Position numbers and translations under genes: made by a program
Assembly (NCBI GenBank): GCA_017451735.1
Contig: JAFTNU010000001.1
Coordinates: 11,156-75,155 of the forward strand
Origin: Clostridia bacterium
GTDB lineage: Bacteria; Bacillota; Clostridia; Oscillospirales; CAG-272
Direction: 5' to 3'
Length of the DNA stretch: 64,000 nt
Notes under the pieces: generated by a model
What the model was told of the DNA's origin: nothing
The model's input: the letters and a program-made list of their open reading frames with translations, nothing else
Databases searched by the model: none
Shown here: piece by piece, positions 25,992-35,172 of the stretch
How positions within the stretch are numbered: the stretch's first letter is position 1
Layout: every line of letters starts with the position of its first letter

Positions 25992-27902
25992 ATGAAAAGA
26001 AGTAAAACACAAGCGGTATACAGATTTTTACCCGATATGTGGATATCTGAAAAAGGTGATTCTGATCGTGCCATTTCTGCAAGGATCAAGAATTGGAACT
26101 ATATCAAGATGTCCGACATCTATGAAGACTTTATCGAGGAAGAAATAAAGCGTCAAATAAAGTTGTTTGGGGATCGCGGAGGCGATATTAGTGCATTCGA
26201 TATCACTCATGGTACGCACACCTTTTCGGTTGTAGAAACTGCATGTAATGAAGGCATTCCGGATATTATTGGCGAAATGTCGCCATTGGTGTTCTATTGC
26301 AGCTCGTGCGGAACGGTTTTTGATGTTAGAAATCCATCGGATGTAGATAAGTATACTTGGAAATGTAAGGAATGTGGTAAATGGGCCGTAAAACAGCTCC
26401 AGATGATTTATGCATGCGAATGTGGTCATGCACAGCCCATTAAAATTCCCTATGTACCAGGCGTTAAAGATTTTAAGTATCGCCCCAATGAAACACAGTA
26501 TAAAATGTTTTATAAAAGCGGTCTCGCTGACAAGCCTGCAGAATTTGTGCTACCATGCCCTACGTGCAATTCAAGACTTGTTCCTGACAACGCAAATTCC
26601 GGACGGAATTACAAGCCTTTTACTCTGAGAGTAATAAATTTGGTGGATGAACGTTGTGGACGGTTTTATAAAAAGGGCTTGGACGCTCAAAAAACGATCG
26701 TATCGCGTTGGTTTGATAAGATATCGGCTGAAGACTACGAAGAGATTCTAAACAATATCGATTTGGCATTCAGCGATGCATTTAGAAGCGATGCCCAGCG
26801 GCTTCAGTTCGAACAACAGGTACGTTCTTTAATAGATATCGGTTTAATACCGGCAGACCAGTTCGAAAGCGCTGTTAATAAGCTCATGCAGGATAATCCT
26901 AACACAAAAAGCGTTGAAACATATGTTGCACAGTGCGATGATTTGTTTGCAAAGAGAAAAGCAGAGGACCCCGTTGGGTATACAGAGTGGCTCGGTCATT
27001 TTTCTTTCAAATTGATGCAATACGATACTCTTAAGTATGCGAAGAGAATTGTAACTTTGGAGGAAGCAATTCTGCGCCAGCTTGAAATGGAGTTTATTGA
27101 TTCCGCTGATGAGGTGCATGAGTTGAACGCCAAGTTAGGAATCAAAAATATGCAAGTTTCTTGCGATATTCAAATCCTTAACTGCACCTATGGCTATACT
27201 CGAAGAAGCGCTGATCCTAAGATTGCTTCCAACAACAACTCCCGTTGTAGATTAAAGCTCAATGCCTATGACAAAACACGTGACGGAACTGCAAATCTTG
27301 TGTACGGTGCAAAATTGGATACAGAGGGTATCCTTTTTGAAATTGATCGAAGAAAAATCATTGAGTGGCTGCATGATAATGATATTATCCTTGAAGAGCA
27401 ACTACCGGACCTTGACGATGAAGTATCCGTAAAAAAATGGTTTGCGGAGTATGTTCATAGCGATGTAATTTCTATGTTTGGAGAAATTGATGAAAGCGAA
27501 GTCATCACAAAGAATGTTTTTGCATTGCTCCATTCAATGTCACATGCATTTATGAATGCAGCCGGCGAATTAAGTGGTCTTTCCAGTAATTCCTTGACAG
27601 AAATAATCATTGTCGAAACGGCAAGCATATTCATTTATGCTCAGACCAGCCAAGGCATCCCTCTTGGTGCATTGTCTGGTATGGCTGAAACCAACTACGC
27701 TTATTTCTTGAAAAAAGCATTTGATGAAACCAAGAATTGTGTGTTTGATCCGATTTGTACGGAAAGAGACGATACTGCTTGTAGCGCTTGTTTAATCATT
27801 CCGGAGATATCGTGCAATCACTTTAACGCAGAACTTGGAAGAAAATATCTGTATTCAATAGACGGTGCTGAAACACCAACTATTGGTTTTTGGGAGATGT
27901 AA
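25992..27902 (+). CDS. DUF1998-like (DrmB-like) protein
   Basis: C-terminal Cys cluster CVFDPICTERDDTACSACLIIPEISCNHFNAELGRKYL resembles the DUF1998 Zn motif. N-terminal CxxC pairs are present. It immediately follows the DExH helicase. Confidence 0.6.
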   Translation: MKRSKTQAVYRFLPDMWISEKGDSDRAISARIKNWNYIKMSDIYEDFIEEEIKRQIKLFGDRGGDISAFDITHGTHTFSVVETACNEGIPDIIGEMSPLVFYCSSCGTVFDVRNPSDVDKYTWKCKECGKWAVKQLQMIYACECGHAQPIKIPYVPGVKDFKYRPNETQYKMFYKSGLADKPAEFVLPCPTCNSRLVPDNANSGRNYKPFTLRVINLVDERCGRFYKKGLDAQKTIVSRWFDKISAEDYEEILNNIDLAFSDAFRSDAQRLQFEQQVRSLIDIGLIPADQFESAVNKLMQDNPNTKSVETYVAQCDDLFAKRKAEDPVGYTEWLGHFSFKLMQYDTLKYAKRIVTLEEAILRQLEMEFIDSADEVHELNAKLGIKNMQVSCDIQILNCTYGYTRRSADPKIASNNNSRCRLKLNAYDKTRDGTANLVYGAKLDTEGILFEIDRRKIIEWLHDNDIILEEQLPDLDDEVSVKKWFAEYVHSDVISMFGEIDESEVITKNVFALLHSMSHAFMNAAGELSGLSSNSLTEIIIVETASIFIYAQTSQGIPLGALSGMAETNYAYFLKKAFDETKNCVFDPICTERDDTACSACLIIPEISCNHFNAELGRKYLYSIDGAETPTIGFWEM

Positions 27903-27904
27903 TT

Positions 27905-29494
27905 ATGGCAAATATGTATCCGAAAAATATCAACGAATATATGCCTACAGATTCAGAACGAATTGTGTATCAGGAACTGAAAAATCAACTTCCTGATTCC
28001 TTTGATGTGTTCTATTCTGTTAGCTGGACAAGCTATAATGCCGGACGTTTGGTAAAATCAGAAGCTGATTTTGTTGTTGCCAGCCCGGATTATGGTTTTC
28101 TCTGTCTTGAGGTAAAAGGCGGGAGTGGTATTCGAATTGAGGATAATGTTTGGTATCTTTCGGATGCAGTCCATGGAGAGCGGAAACTTAATATGTCGCC
28201 GTACGCCCAAGCAGAAAAGAACATGTATTATTTTAATCAGGTCTTTTCTAATAAGTATCACATGAAGTATTCTGGAACCTTTGGCGCAGGCGTTGTTTTT
28301 CCTTTCTATCCTATAGGAAACGATGTTGATTTGAGCAATCGAGACCGTGATTGTACTATAGATAGTAATGATTTAAACAATCTCTATAATCGAATCAAAA
28401 AAATGTTTCGTTTATGGGGGGGAGCTTCATATGGCAGACGCTTTTATCCATTAAGTCAACACCATGCCTTCCTGGAATTAATCCGTGATAGACTCGCCAT
28501 TTCTGCTGCCGCAGGGGCTCTTGTCCGATACAAAGATCAACAACTGAATGTGATCAATCGTGTGCAGGATAATTACATATATTTGCTTTCAAACGTAAAA
28601 CAGTTTTATATGCGCGGAGGCGCAGGCACAGGTAAAACATGGATTGCTATGAAAATGGCCAAAAATGCTACCGAGACATCTGAGCAAAAGGTGTTATTTG
28701 TGTGTGCTTCCAAACCACTTGCAGAAATGGTGCATTCCCATATTGGTAATACAGTGGACGTAAAAGATATTCGTTCCTTGTTCCAAGGTGTAATACATAA
28801 TTTTGAGACCTTCTACGAGCCAACATTCATTGGATTAAGCAATAATCTGATCGAGGATTGCCCGAAGTATGACGCTATATTTGTAGATGAAGCTCAGGAT
28901 TTCACTTCGGAGTGGGCAACTATAGTAAAAAAGCTGTTGGTTGATGAGAAAAACTCTCGTCTCGGCGTATTCTTTGATGATATTCAAGTACTGAGAGAAG
29001 ATAGCTTCGGCGATGGATTTGGTATTCAGGAAGCACCGTATTTGCTGAGAGAAAATATCCGAAACACAGCGAATATATACAATTGGGTTGCTGACAAAAC
29101 AAATCTCGGAACTGATATGATTGCCAATCCCGTTGAAGGCCCTACTCCTATCACAGAGATGGTATCCGAACGCGGTCAGCTGATTCTACTTCTTGAAACA
29201 CTTTTCAGACGTTATCTCGAAGAAGAATATTTAAAAAACGATTGTCTGGTGATTATATCTGACAACAAAGAAAAACTGTTGCGTGAGTTTCCTGATGGTA
29301 TAGCAAAATGGAAATTCGTTGATGGACCTCCTTGTAGCGAAACAGAAATAGGGGTGTACTCTATCGAAGAGTATAAAGGCTTGGAATCCAATATGGTAAT
29401 CTACATACATGATATAGTCGCAACGGAAAATATGAATTACATCGCATATACAAGAGCGAAATATTATCTTATAGAGTTGGTGAGGAATTTCTAA
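27905..29494 (+). CDS. NERD-domain nuclease fused to SF1 helicase
   Basis: NERD-like SEADFVVASPDYGFLCLEVKGG. Walker A GGAGTGKTW, Walker B FVDEAQDF, C-terminal YIAYTRAKYYL. Start lies 3 nt after the upstream stop. Confidence 0.7.
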   Translation: MANMYPKNINEYMPTDSERIVYQELKNQLPDSFDVFYSVSWTSYNAGRLVKSEADFVVASPDYGFLCLEVKGGSGIRIEDNVWYLSDAVHGERKLNMSPYAQAEKNMYYFNQVFSNKYHMKYSGTFGAGVVFPFYPIGNDVDLSNRDRDCTIDSNDLNNLYNRIKKMFRLWGGASYGRRFYPLSQHHAFLELIRDRLAISAAAGALVRYKDQQLNVINRVQDNYIYLLSNVKQFYMRGGAGTGKTWIAMKMAKNATETSEQKVLFVCASKPLAEMVHSHIGNTVDVKDIRSLFQGVIHNFETFYEPTFIGLSNNLIEDCPKYDAIFVDEAQDFTSEWATIVKKLLVDEKNSRLGVFFDDIQVLREDSFGDGFGIQEAPYLLRENIRNTANIYNWVADKTNLGTDMIANPVEGPTPITEMVSERGQLILLLETLFRRYLEEEYLKNDCLVIISDNKEKLLREFPDGIAKWKFVDGPPCSETEIGVYSIEEYKGLESNMVIYIHDIVATENMNYIAYTRAKYYLIELVRNF

Positions 29495-30312
29495 TGGCAT
29501 CAATAACATCATTTATACGTTGGGCGGGAGGCAAGTCATGGCTTGTTCCATATGTATCCCAACTTATTCAAGGGCTTGACTATAACAATTACTATGAACC
29601 ATTTATGGGTGGTGCGTCGATTTTCTTCTCACTGGATATTCCCCACAACGGATATTTGTCGGATTTGAACGCTGAATTGGTTGATGCTTTCTGTGAGGTA
29701 AGAGATAATCCTCAACAAATCATTGAACACCTTAAAGAATATAAAACCGATGAAAAAAGTTATTATGCAGTTCGAGCTACCGAACCTACTGATAAACATC
29801 AAAAAGCCGCAAGATTTTTGTATTTGAATGCTACCTCGTTTAACGGTATATACAGAGTAAATAAAAACGGAAAGTATAACGTTCCGTATGGAAAAAAAGA
29901 AGTAACCCTTAATTGTCAAAGAATTTTAGATGTTGGAGTAAAGCTTAACGGCATTAATATTACCTGTCAGGACTTTGCCGCTATACAACCCAATTTAGTT
30001 GCAGGAGACTTGGTGTTCTTGGATCCTCCTTATACTGTTTCAAAAGAGGACACCGGCTTTGTTGGATATAATTCCACATGGTTTTCACTCGACGATCAAA
30101 GAAGATTAGCTCAATTAATTGATCACATTAATAACATAGGGGCTTATTATATTATGACGAATGCAGCTCACCCGACAATTACGGACATTTTCGCAGGAAA
30201 AGGACGTATGATAACTCTTGAACGAAACAGTTTGATTGGCGGCAAAAAATCCTTTAGAGGAAGAGTTCAAGAATACATTTTCACAAACATACCCGAAAGG
30301 AGAGATGTATAA
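29494..30312 (+). CDS. Dam-type (D12 class) N6-adenine DNA methyltransferase
   Basis: FIRWAGGKSW (motif I region) and FLDPPY (motif IV). Start overlaps the upstream stop (TAATG). Confidence 0.85.
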   Translation: MASITSFIRWAGGKSWLVPYVSQLIQGLDYNNYYEPFMGGASIFFSLDIPHNGYLSDLNAELVDAFCEVRDNPQQIIEHLKEYKTDEKSYYAVRATEPTDKHQKAARFLYLNATSFNGIYRVNKNGKYNVPYGKKEVTLNCQRILDVGVKLNGINITCQDFAAIQPNLVAGDLVFLDPPYTVSKEDTGFVGYNSTWFSLDDQRRLAQLIDHINNIGAYYIMTNAAHPTITDIFAGKGRMITLERNSLIGGKKSFRGRVQEYIFTNIPERRDV

Positions 30313-32618
30313 TGGGAAGAACAGATTGGGGACAAATAGTATTCGATAAACAGTTGGCTACTGCCAAAAGCAATCACAAAAAAATATTTGTTTCACAGAA
30401 GATTCTAGCTTCGGAACTTCCCGAGTATATTGATGCCGGGTGGGAGAAGAGCAAAGATTATAAGAGTCCTAAATTCGTTGGTGTTTCAAAAGAAAAGCCC
30501 ATAAGCGAACAATTTGAAGATCGCATTTGGTTATTGTTTGCAAGCATGGGATTTAACGGACTTAATGAAGAGAATGGAATACAAATATCTTATGACTTTA
30601 ACAATGATGACATAAAAGAACGCATCGGTATTGTTGCGGTAGATGAAGAAACTGTTCTAATCGTTTTGTGTCACGCTTCTGAGACGATGGTTGAGCGTAG
30701 CTTTGCTACTGAAATTAACGATTTTAGCAACAAAATTGCAGGGATAAGAAAAGAAGTTCTCAAGCAATATCCTGGCAGAAAGATCAAATTTATTTGGGCA
30801 TCGCATAATTTCATTATGAATCGTCGCGATCTCGCACTTTTGGACAAGGTAGGGATTGCCTATTTCAGCGATACAACGATCGAATACTATTCCGATTTGG
30901 CAAAGCATCTTGGATCATGTTCGAGATATCAACTTTTGGGAAGCCTTTTCGCCAACCAAGAAATTAAGAATATGGATGACAGAGTTCCTGCCATTCAAGG
31001 CAAAATGGGCGGATATACCTATTATTCTTTTTCCATTGAGCCTGAAAAGCTTCTGAAGATCGGATATGTGTTGCATCGTTCTGAAGCGAACAAAAATATG
31101 ATGCCTACATATCAGCGTTTAATTAAAAAGAAACGTCTTCAGGAAGTACGTTCGTTTATCAATGATGGCGGATATTTTCCCAATTCCATCATAATTAGCA
31201 TTGATACCAATGGAAAGGGGCTTTCATTCGATCAATCTTCTTCGAAAGTGGATAGCACCATTTCGAAAATTGGTATCTTGCACATTCCCAAGAGATATAG
31301 ATCTGCCTATATTATTGACGGTCAGCATCGTTTGTACGGATATTCGGATTCTCTCTATGCTGCAACCAATACTATTCCTGTTGTTGCATTTGTAGATTTG
31401 GATCGTACAGAGCAAATCAAACTCTTTATGGATATCAACGAAAATCAAAAGGCTGTTCCCAAGTCCCTCCGCGTAACATTAAATGCGGACATGCTTTGGG
31501 AATCTCCGGACCTTGGTGAACAGCGTCAAGCTCTTCGTTCTAAGATTGCACAAATGCTTGGAGAAGAAGCGACATCTCCTCTTAACTCAAGAATTGTAAT
31601 TGGTGAAAACGAGTCTACTCCTACCCGATGCATTACAGTCGAGGCTTTGCAAGTGGCTCTAAAGAAGTGTAGATTCTTCGATAGTTACGGAAAGAAGAAT
31701 GCTCTTCAAAAAGAAGGAACTTTTGATTGTAAGGATAACCAAGAGACCTGCGATCTGTTTTATCCATTTATCGAAAAATGTTTACTCTATATCAGAGAGA
31801 CCTGTTTGGAAGAATGGGATAAGGGCGACAGTGACAACGGAATGCTCACTATGAACCGTGGTATACAAGCCGTAGTTCGCGTTATTGATGATGTCGTAAA
31901 CATGCTTGTTGAGAAAGGAATGATTAACCCCAAGACGCAAGCATTGGACGATATGTTTGGTCTCATCCAATACTACTTGAAGCCGCTCACCGACTACATA
32001 AACAATTTGAACGCAGAACAGCGCAAAGATTTACGCGGATATTTCGGTGGCGGTGCTGATACTCGTTTCTGGAGAGCATATCAAAAGGCGATTGCTGATA
32101 TGCGTCCCGACTTCACTCCCGAGGGATTAGAAGAGTTCTGGCAAAATGAAACAAAGATGTACAACGATGAAACAGTTTCTATGATTCAGGAAATTGTAAC
32201 CAAGGTTAAACTGTTGATCTCTGAGCGCTTAAATGATTATTTTGGAGAAAGCTGGTTAATTAAAGGCCTCCCCAAAAACATTTATACCCGTGCAAAGGGT
32301 GAGGCAGATGAAGCCATGTATATCCATGTGACCAACACAGGAGAAGAAATTGATATTCCCGTGTGGGATTATGTTACACTCCCCGAGTGTAAGCAGATCG
32401 TACTCAACGGCAAAAACTGGTCTCTGTTTTTCGAAGACACATTTGTCCGTCCCGAAGAAGCTAATCTCATAGGGGGCAAAGATGTAAAAACGGATTGGTT
32501 ACTCAAGGTCAATTCTATATCAAACAAGCTCTCAAAGGAAAGCTATAGTGTTCCCGTTGATGAGTACACGTACGTAAAAAGTATATATGACTGGTTGATG
32601 GGAATTCTTGTTTTCTGA
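30312..32618 (+). CDS. DGQHR-domain (DndB/ParB-like) protein with long C-terminal extension
   Basis: IIDGQHRLYG motif, upstream QRLIKKKRLQEVRSFINDGGYFPNSIIISI. Start overlaps the methylase stop (TAATG). Confidence 0.7.
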   Translation: MGRTDWGQIVFDKQLATAKSNHKKIFVSQKILASELPEYIDAGWEKSKDYKSPKFVGVSKEKPISEQFEDRIWLLFASMGFNGLNEENGIQISYDFNNDDIKERIGIVAVDEETVLIVLCHASETMVERSFATEINDFSNKIAGIRKEVLKQYPGRKIKFIWASHNFIMNRRDLALLDKVGIAYFSDTTIEYYSDLAKHLGSCSRYQLLGSLFANQEIKNMDDRVPAIQGKMGGYTYYSFSIEPEKLLKIGYVLHRSEANKNMMPTYQRLIKKKRLQEVRSFINDGGYFPNSIIISIDTNGKGLSFDQSSSKVDSTISKIGILHIPKRYRSAYIIDGQHRLYGYSDSLYAATNTIPVVAFVDLDRTEQIKLFMDINENQKAVPKSLRVTLNADMLWESPDLGEQRQALRSKIAQMLGEEATSPLNSRIVIGENESTPTRCITVEALQVALKKCRFFDSYGKKNALQKEGTFDCKDNQETCDLFYPFIEKCLLYIRETCLEEWDKGDSDNGMLTMNRGIQAVVRVIDDVVNMLVEKGMINPKTQALDDMFGLIQYYLKPLTDYINNLNAEQRKDLRGYFGGGADTRFWRAYQKAIADMRPDFTPEGLEEFWQNETKMYNDETVSMIQEIVTKVKLLISERLNDYFGESWLIKGLPKNIYTRAKGEADEAMYIHVTNTGEEIDIPVWDYVTLPECKQIVLNGKNWSLFFEDTFVRPEEANLIGGKDVKTDWLLKVNSISNKLSKESYSVPVDEYTYVKSIYDWLMGILVF

Positions 32619-32747
32619 AAATCATTAAGTCAAAAGACTTCTTACATTAATTCCTAATGCGCATTATTTGCCTACACTTTCTGAAGAAAATAGGCTGTTG
32701 AAAATGCAGTGTTAATTTAAAGAGCAAAATGGTATGGAGGTCTGGCG

Positions 32748-33128
32748 ATGACAAAACAAGAATTTCTTGAATATTGCTTCAATACATACAGCACATCGCC
32801 GGACTATCCATTTGACGATCTTCATGAGTCTGCGGTGCTCAGGCATAGGGATAACCGCAAATGGTATGCGATTGTGATGCGCGTATCCCGGCGCAAATTT
32901 GGGTTTGATAGCGACGAGGTAATCGATGTGGTCAATCTCAAGCTCCCGACCGAAATGTTCGGTTCGTTCGGAGCGACTGACGGTGTCTACCCGGCGTACC
33001 ACATGAACAAGCTCCATTGGATCTCCGTGCTTCTGACCGATGCGCCCGATGATGTGGTGCAGTTCCTTGTGAACGTAAGCTTTGAGGCAACAAAGACGGT
33101 CAAAAAAAGAAAGACGCAACAAATGTAA
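32748..33128 (+). CDS. MmcQ/YjbR-family protein
   Basis: DYPFDD..VLRHRDNRKWYAIV..VVNLK..YHMNKLHWISVLL pattern typical of the YjbR fold family. Confidence 0.7.
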   Translation: MTKQEFLEYCFNTYSTSPDYPFDDLHESAVLRHRDNRKWYAIVMRVSRRKFGFDSDEVIDVVNLKLPTEMFGSFGATDGVYPAYHMNKLHWISVLLTDAPDDVVQFLVNVSFEATKTVKKRKTQQM

Positions 33129-33143
33129 TAATGATGACAAACG

Positions 33144-33188
33144 AAAAGCCTAAACAAGTATGACGGATTACTTTGTTCAGGCTTTTTT
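33144..33188 (+). terminator. Rho-independent terminator
   Basis: AAAAGCCTAAACAAG .. CTTTGTTCAGGCTTTTTT. Confidence 0.6.
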
Positions 33189-33214
33189 GTGTGAAATTGT
33201 ACGAATTGCAGTTT

Positions 33215-33478
33215 AAAGACTGCCGGGGGTGGTGGCTCCCCAAACGCTCGTGTATCAGACTGATTTCGGATTTGATTTTTGGTACAGTTTTCGTCTCAGT
33301 GTGGGACGAATTCAAAATGAGTATGGTGGATTTGAGTGCAAAATTAGGTGATTTACACCGAAGTTTCAAATTAGAAGCGCGGAATTTTTGAAATGAGTTG
33401 GGGGCAAATTTGCGGCATATTGTAAGCCTGCGTTGCCGTAAAAATCTTATTTTTTCTCTCAAAAAGCCTTATATTACC
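33215..33478 (+). repeat. Degenerate fourth copy of the dispersed repeat module
   Basis: AAAGACTGCCGGGGGTGG (compare GAAGACTGCCCGGGGTGG in copy 1), TTTTTACATAAAAAATCT (compare 16287-16306), and AAAAAGCCTTATATTACC (R-box-like). Confidence 0.45.
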
Positions 33479-33913
33479 TTGCATTTGCTCTGAAGAAACT
33501 TATGTATTTTGAACATCGATTTTTTGACTCATTTTTACATAAAAAATCTACGGTTTTTACGTCATATCATAGTTGTATCATTGGGAAAAAATGCGTTAAG
33601 AGGACTGCTGAGGCGGTCACACTCGAAAATGCGTTTATACCAGACTCATTCTATCGGTAAAGCTATGATCTATAGTTTATTGCGATTGCAAAATGAGTAT
33701 GGAGAATGAAGCGGTCATAGTATAAAAGGTAAAACTTTGGCTAATTTATGGAAATTCTTAAAATTAGCCGAAGAAATGATTGACAAGCGGGTAAAACCTA
33801 ATTATGCCGATTTGAATGAGACTTTATAGTATCACATATATTTTATACCTTCAGCAATATATTTTCTTCCGTTTTGGGAAATAATAACGGTGAATAAAAA
33901 AACGGAGGTATAT

Positions 33914-34576
33914 ATGTTCAAACACGAAAAACAGTTATTTCATCCCGTAGAGGTGGAGAGACCGAATCCGCAGTATGCCGTTTTGCTTCAGGAACAGCTT
34001 GGTGGCGGAAACGGCGAACTCAAGGCGGCTATGCAGTATATGTCGCAAAGCTTCAGGATCAAGGATCCAGAGATCAAGGATCTGTTCCTTGATATTGCTG
34101 CCGAGGAGCTGGGGCATCTTGAAATGATTGCGCAGACTATCAATCTGCTCAACGGTCACGATGTAGATGCGGCGAAGGTGCAGGCAGGAGAGATACAAGC
34201 ACACGTTCAGAACGGACTCAATCCGGGACTCATCAACGCTTCGGGCTACTCTTGGACTGGCGATTACGTTACAGTCACGGGCGACTTGTGCGCCGATCTG
34301 CTCTCCAACATTGCGTCCGAGCAGAGAGCCAAGGTGGTATACGAATATCTCTACCGTCAGATCGAGGACAAGAAGGTGCGCGAAACCATAGACTTTCTTC
34401 TCAACCGCGAGGAAGCGCACAATCAGATGTTCCGTGATGCCTTCAACAAGGTGCAGGAAACAGGCTCAAACCGTGACTTTGGTACGACCAAGGCGGCAAA
34501 GATGTATTTCTCATTGTCGAATCCGGGGCCGAATACGTTCGCGACGGGCGAGACTCACGCACCGTCGTTTAAGTGA
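33914..34576 (+). CDS. Manganese catalase-family protein
   Basis: RBS ACGGAGGT. LGGGNGELKAAMQYMSQSF, AAEELGHLEMIAQ, SEQRAKVVYEYL: the di-Mn ferritin-like catalase pattern. Paralogous to CotJC. Confidence 0.85.
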   Translation: MFKHEKQLFHPVEVERPNPQYAVLLQEQLGGGNGELKAAMQYMSQSFRIKDPEIKDLFLDIAAEELGHLEMIAQTINLLNGHDVDAAKVQAGEIQAHVQNGLNPGLINASGYSWTGDYVTVTGDLCADLLSNIASEQRAKVVYEYLYRQIEDKKVRETIDFLLNREEAHNQMFRDAFNKVQETGSNRDFGTTKAAKMYFSLSNPGPNTFATGETHAPSFK

Positions 34577-34603
34577 CGCTTATTTAAAAAAATATATAAA
34601 CAG

Positions 34604-34638
34604 AAAACGATGCTCCGCGCTTTGGGGCATCGTTTTTT
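34604..34638 (+). terminator. Rho-independent terminator
   Basis: AAAACGATGC .. GCATCGTTTTTT. Confidence 0.65.
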
Positions 34639-34758
34639 CTATGAATAGAGAGACAGCTTGTCCTTATCAATTTTTAATAAATTAAGTTGATTTTTTGCTA
34701 AAAATGCTTGTTGTTGCTCTTATATGATAGCAGGGTGGCAAATTTTGAGCGTTTTGCC

Positions 34759-34785
34759 AAAGTGTGAAAAAGCCTTATTTTACAA
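34759..34785 (+). repeat. R-box copy (right end of element A)
   Basis: AAAGTGTGAAAAAGCCTTATTTTACAA, 36 nt inside the right junction core. Confidence 0.7.
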
Positions 34786-34821
34786 GTTTTTTTGCTGTTT
34801 TTTGATAAAGGTTGCATTTGC

Positions 34822-35153
34822 GTTATTGCAGCATCAGCGGCAAGATCCTCGTTCAGGTCGGCCAGCACATCGCCCTTGACGGCGATATACTTCATGTCGG
34901 TGGGCACGCCCGAGGCGGCAATGGGATAGATACCGGTTGTATGATCCACAAAATAGGGATCCATACCCGCCTTTTTCATATCCTCGGGGGAAAGGTCTCT
35001 GGTGAGCTGATAAAGAATGGCGGCGATCATCTCTAAGTGGGCCAGCTCCTCGGTGCCTACATCGGTTAAGATTCCGCGCACCTTGTCGTAGGGCATGGAG
35101 TAGCGCTGATGAAGATAGCGCATGGCGGCGGCCAGCTCGCCGTCGGGGCCGCC
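34822..35153 (-). pseudogene. cotJC: cotJC segment 2 of 3 (central piece)
   Basis: Encodes (G)PDGELAAAMRYLHQRYSMPYDKVRGILTDVGTEELAHLEMIAAILYQL..GDVLADLNEDLAADAAI. Bounded by the cores CCGCC (35149-35153) and GTTA (34822-34825). Confidence 0.85.
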
Positions 35154-35172
35154 AGATTGTAATTTATGATAA

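Larger units (their letters stand above)
12354..34825. mobile_element. Element A: ~22.5-kb serine-recombinase intervening element / genomic island inserted in cotJC
   Basis: Bounded by duplicated GTTA cores (12354-12357, 34822-34825). The flanking cotJC pieces join in frame. Recombinase gene sits at the left end. Inner arms form an imperfect dyad (GTTGCATTTGCGT .. ACGTATTCGCAAC). Composition is clearly more AT-rich than the flanks. Confidence 0.8.
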
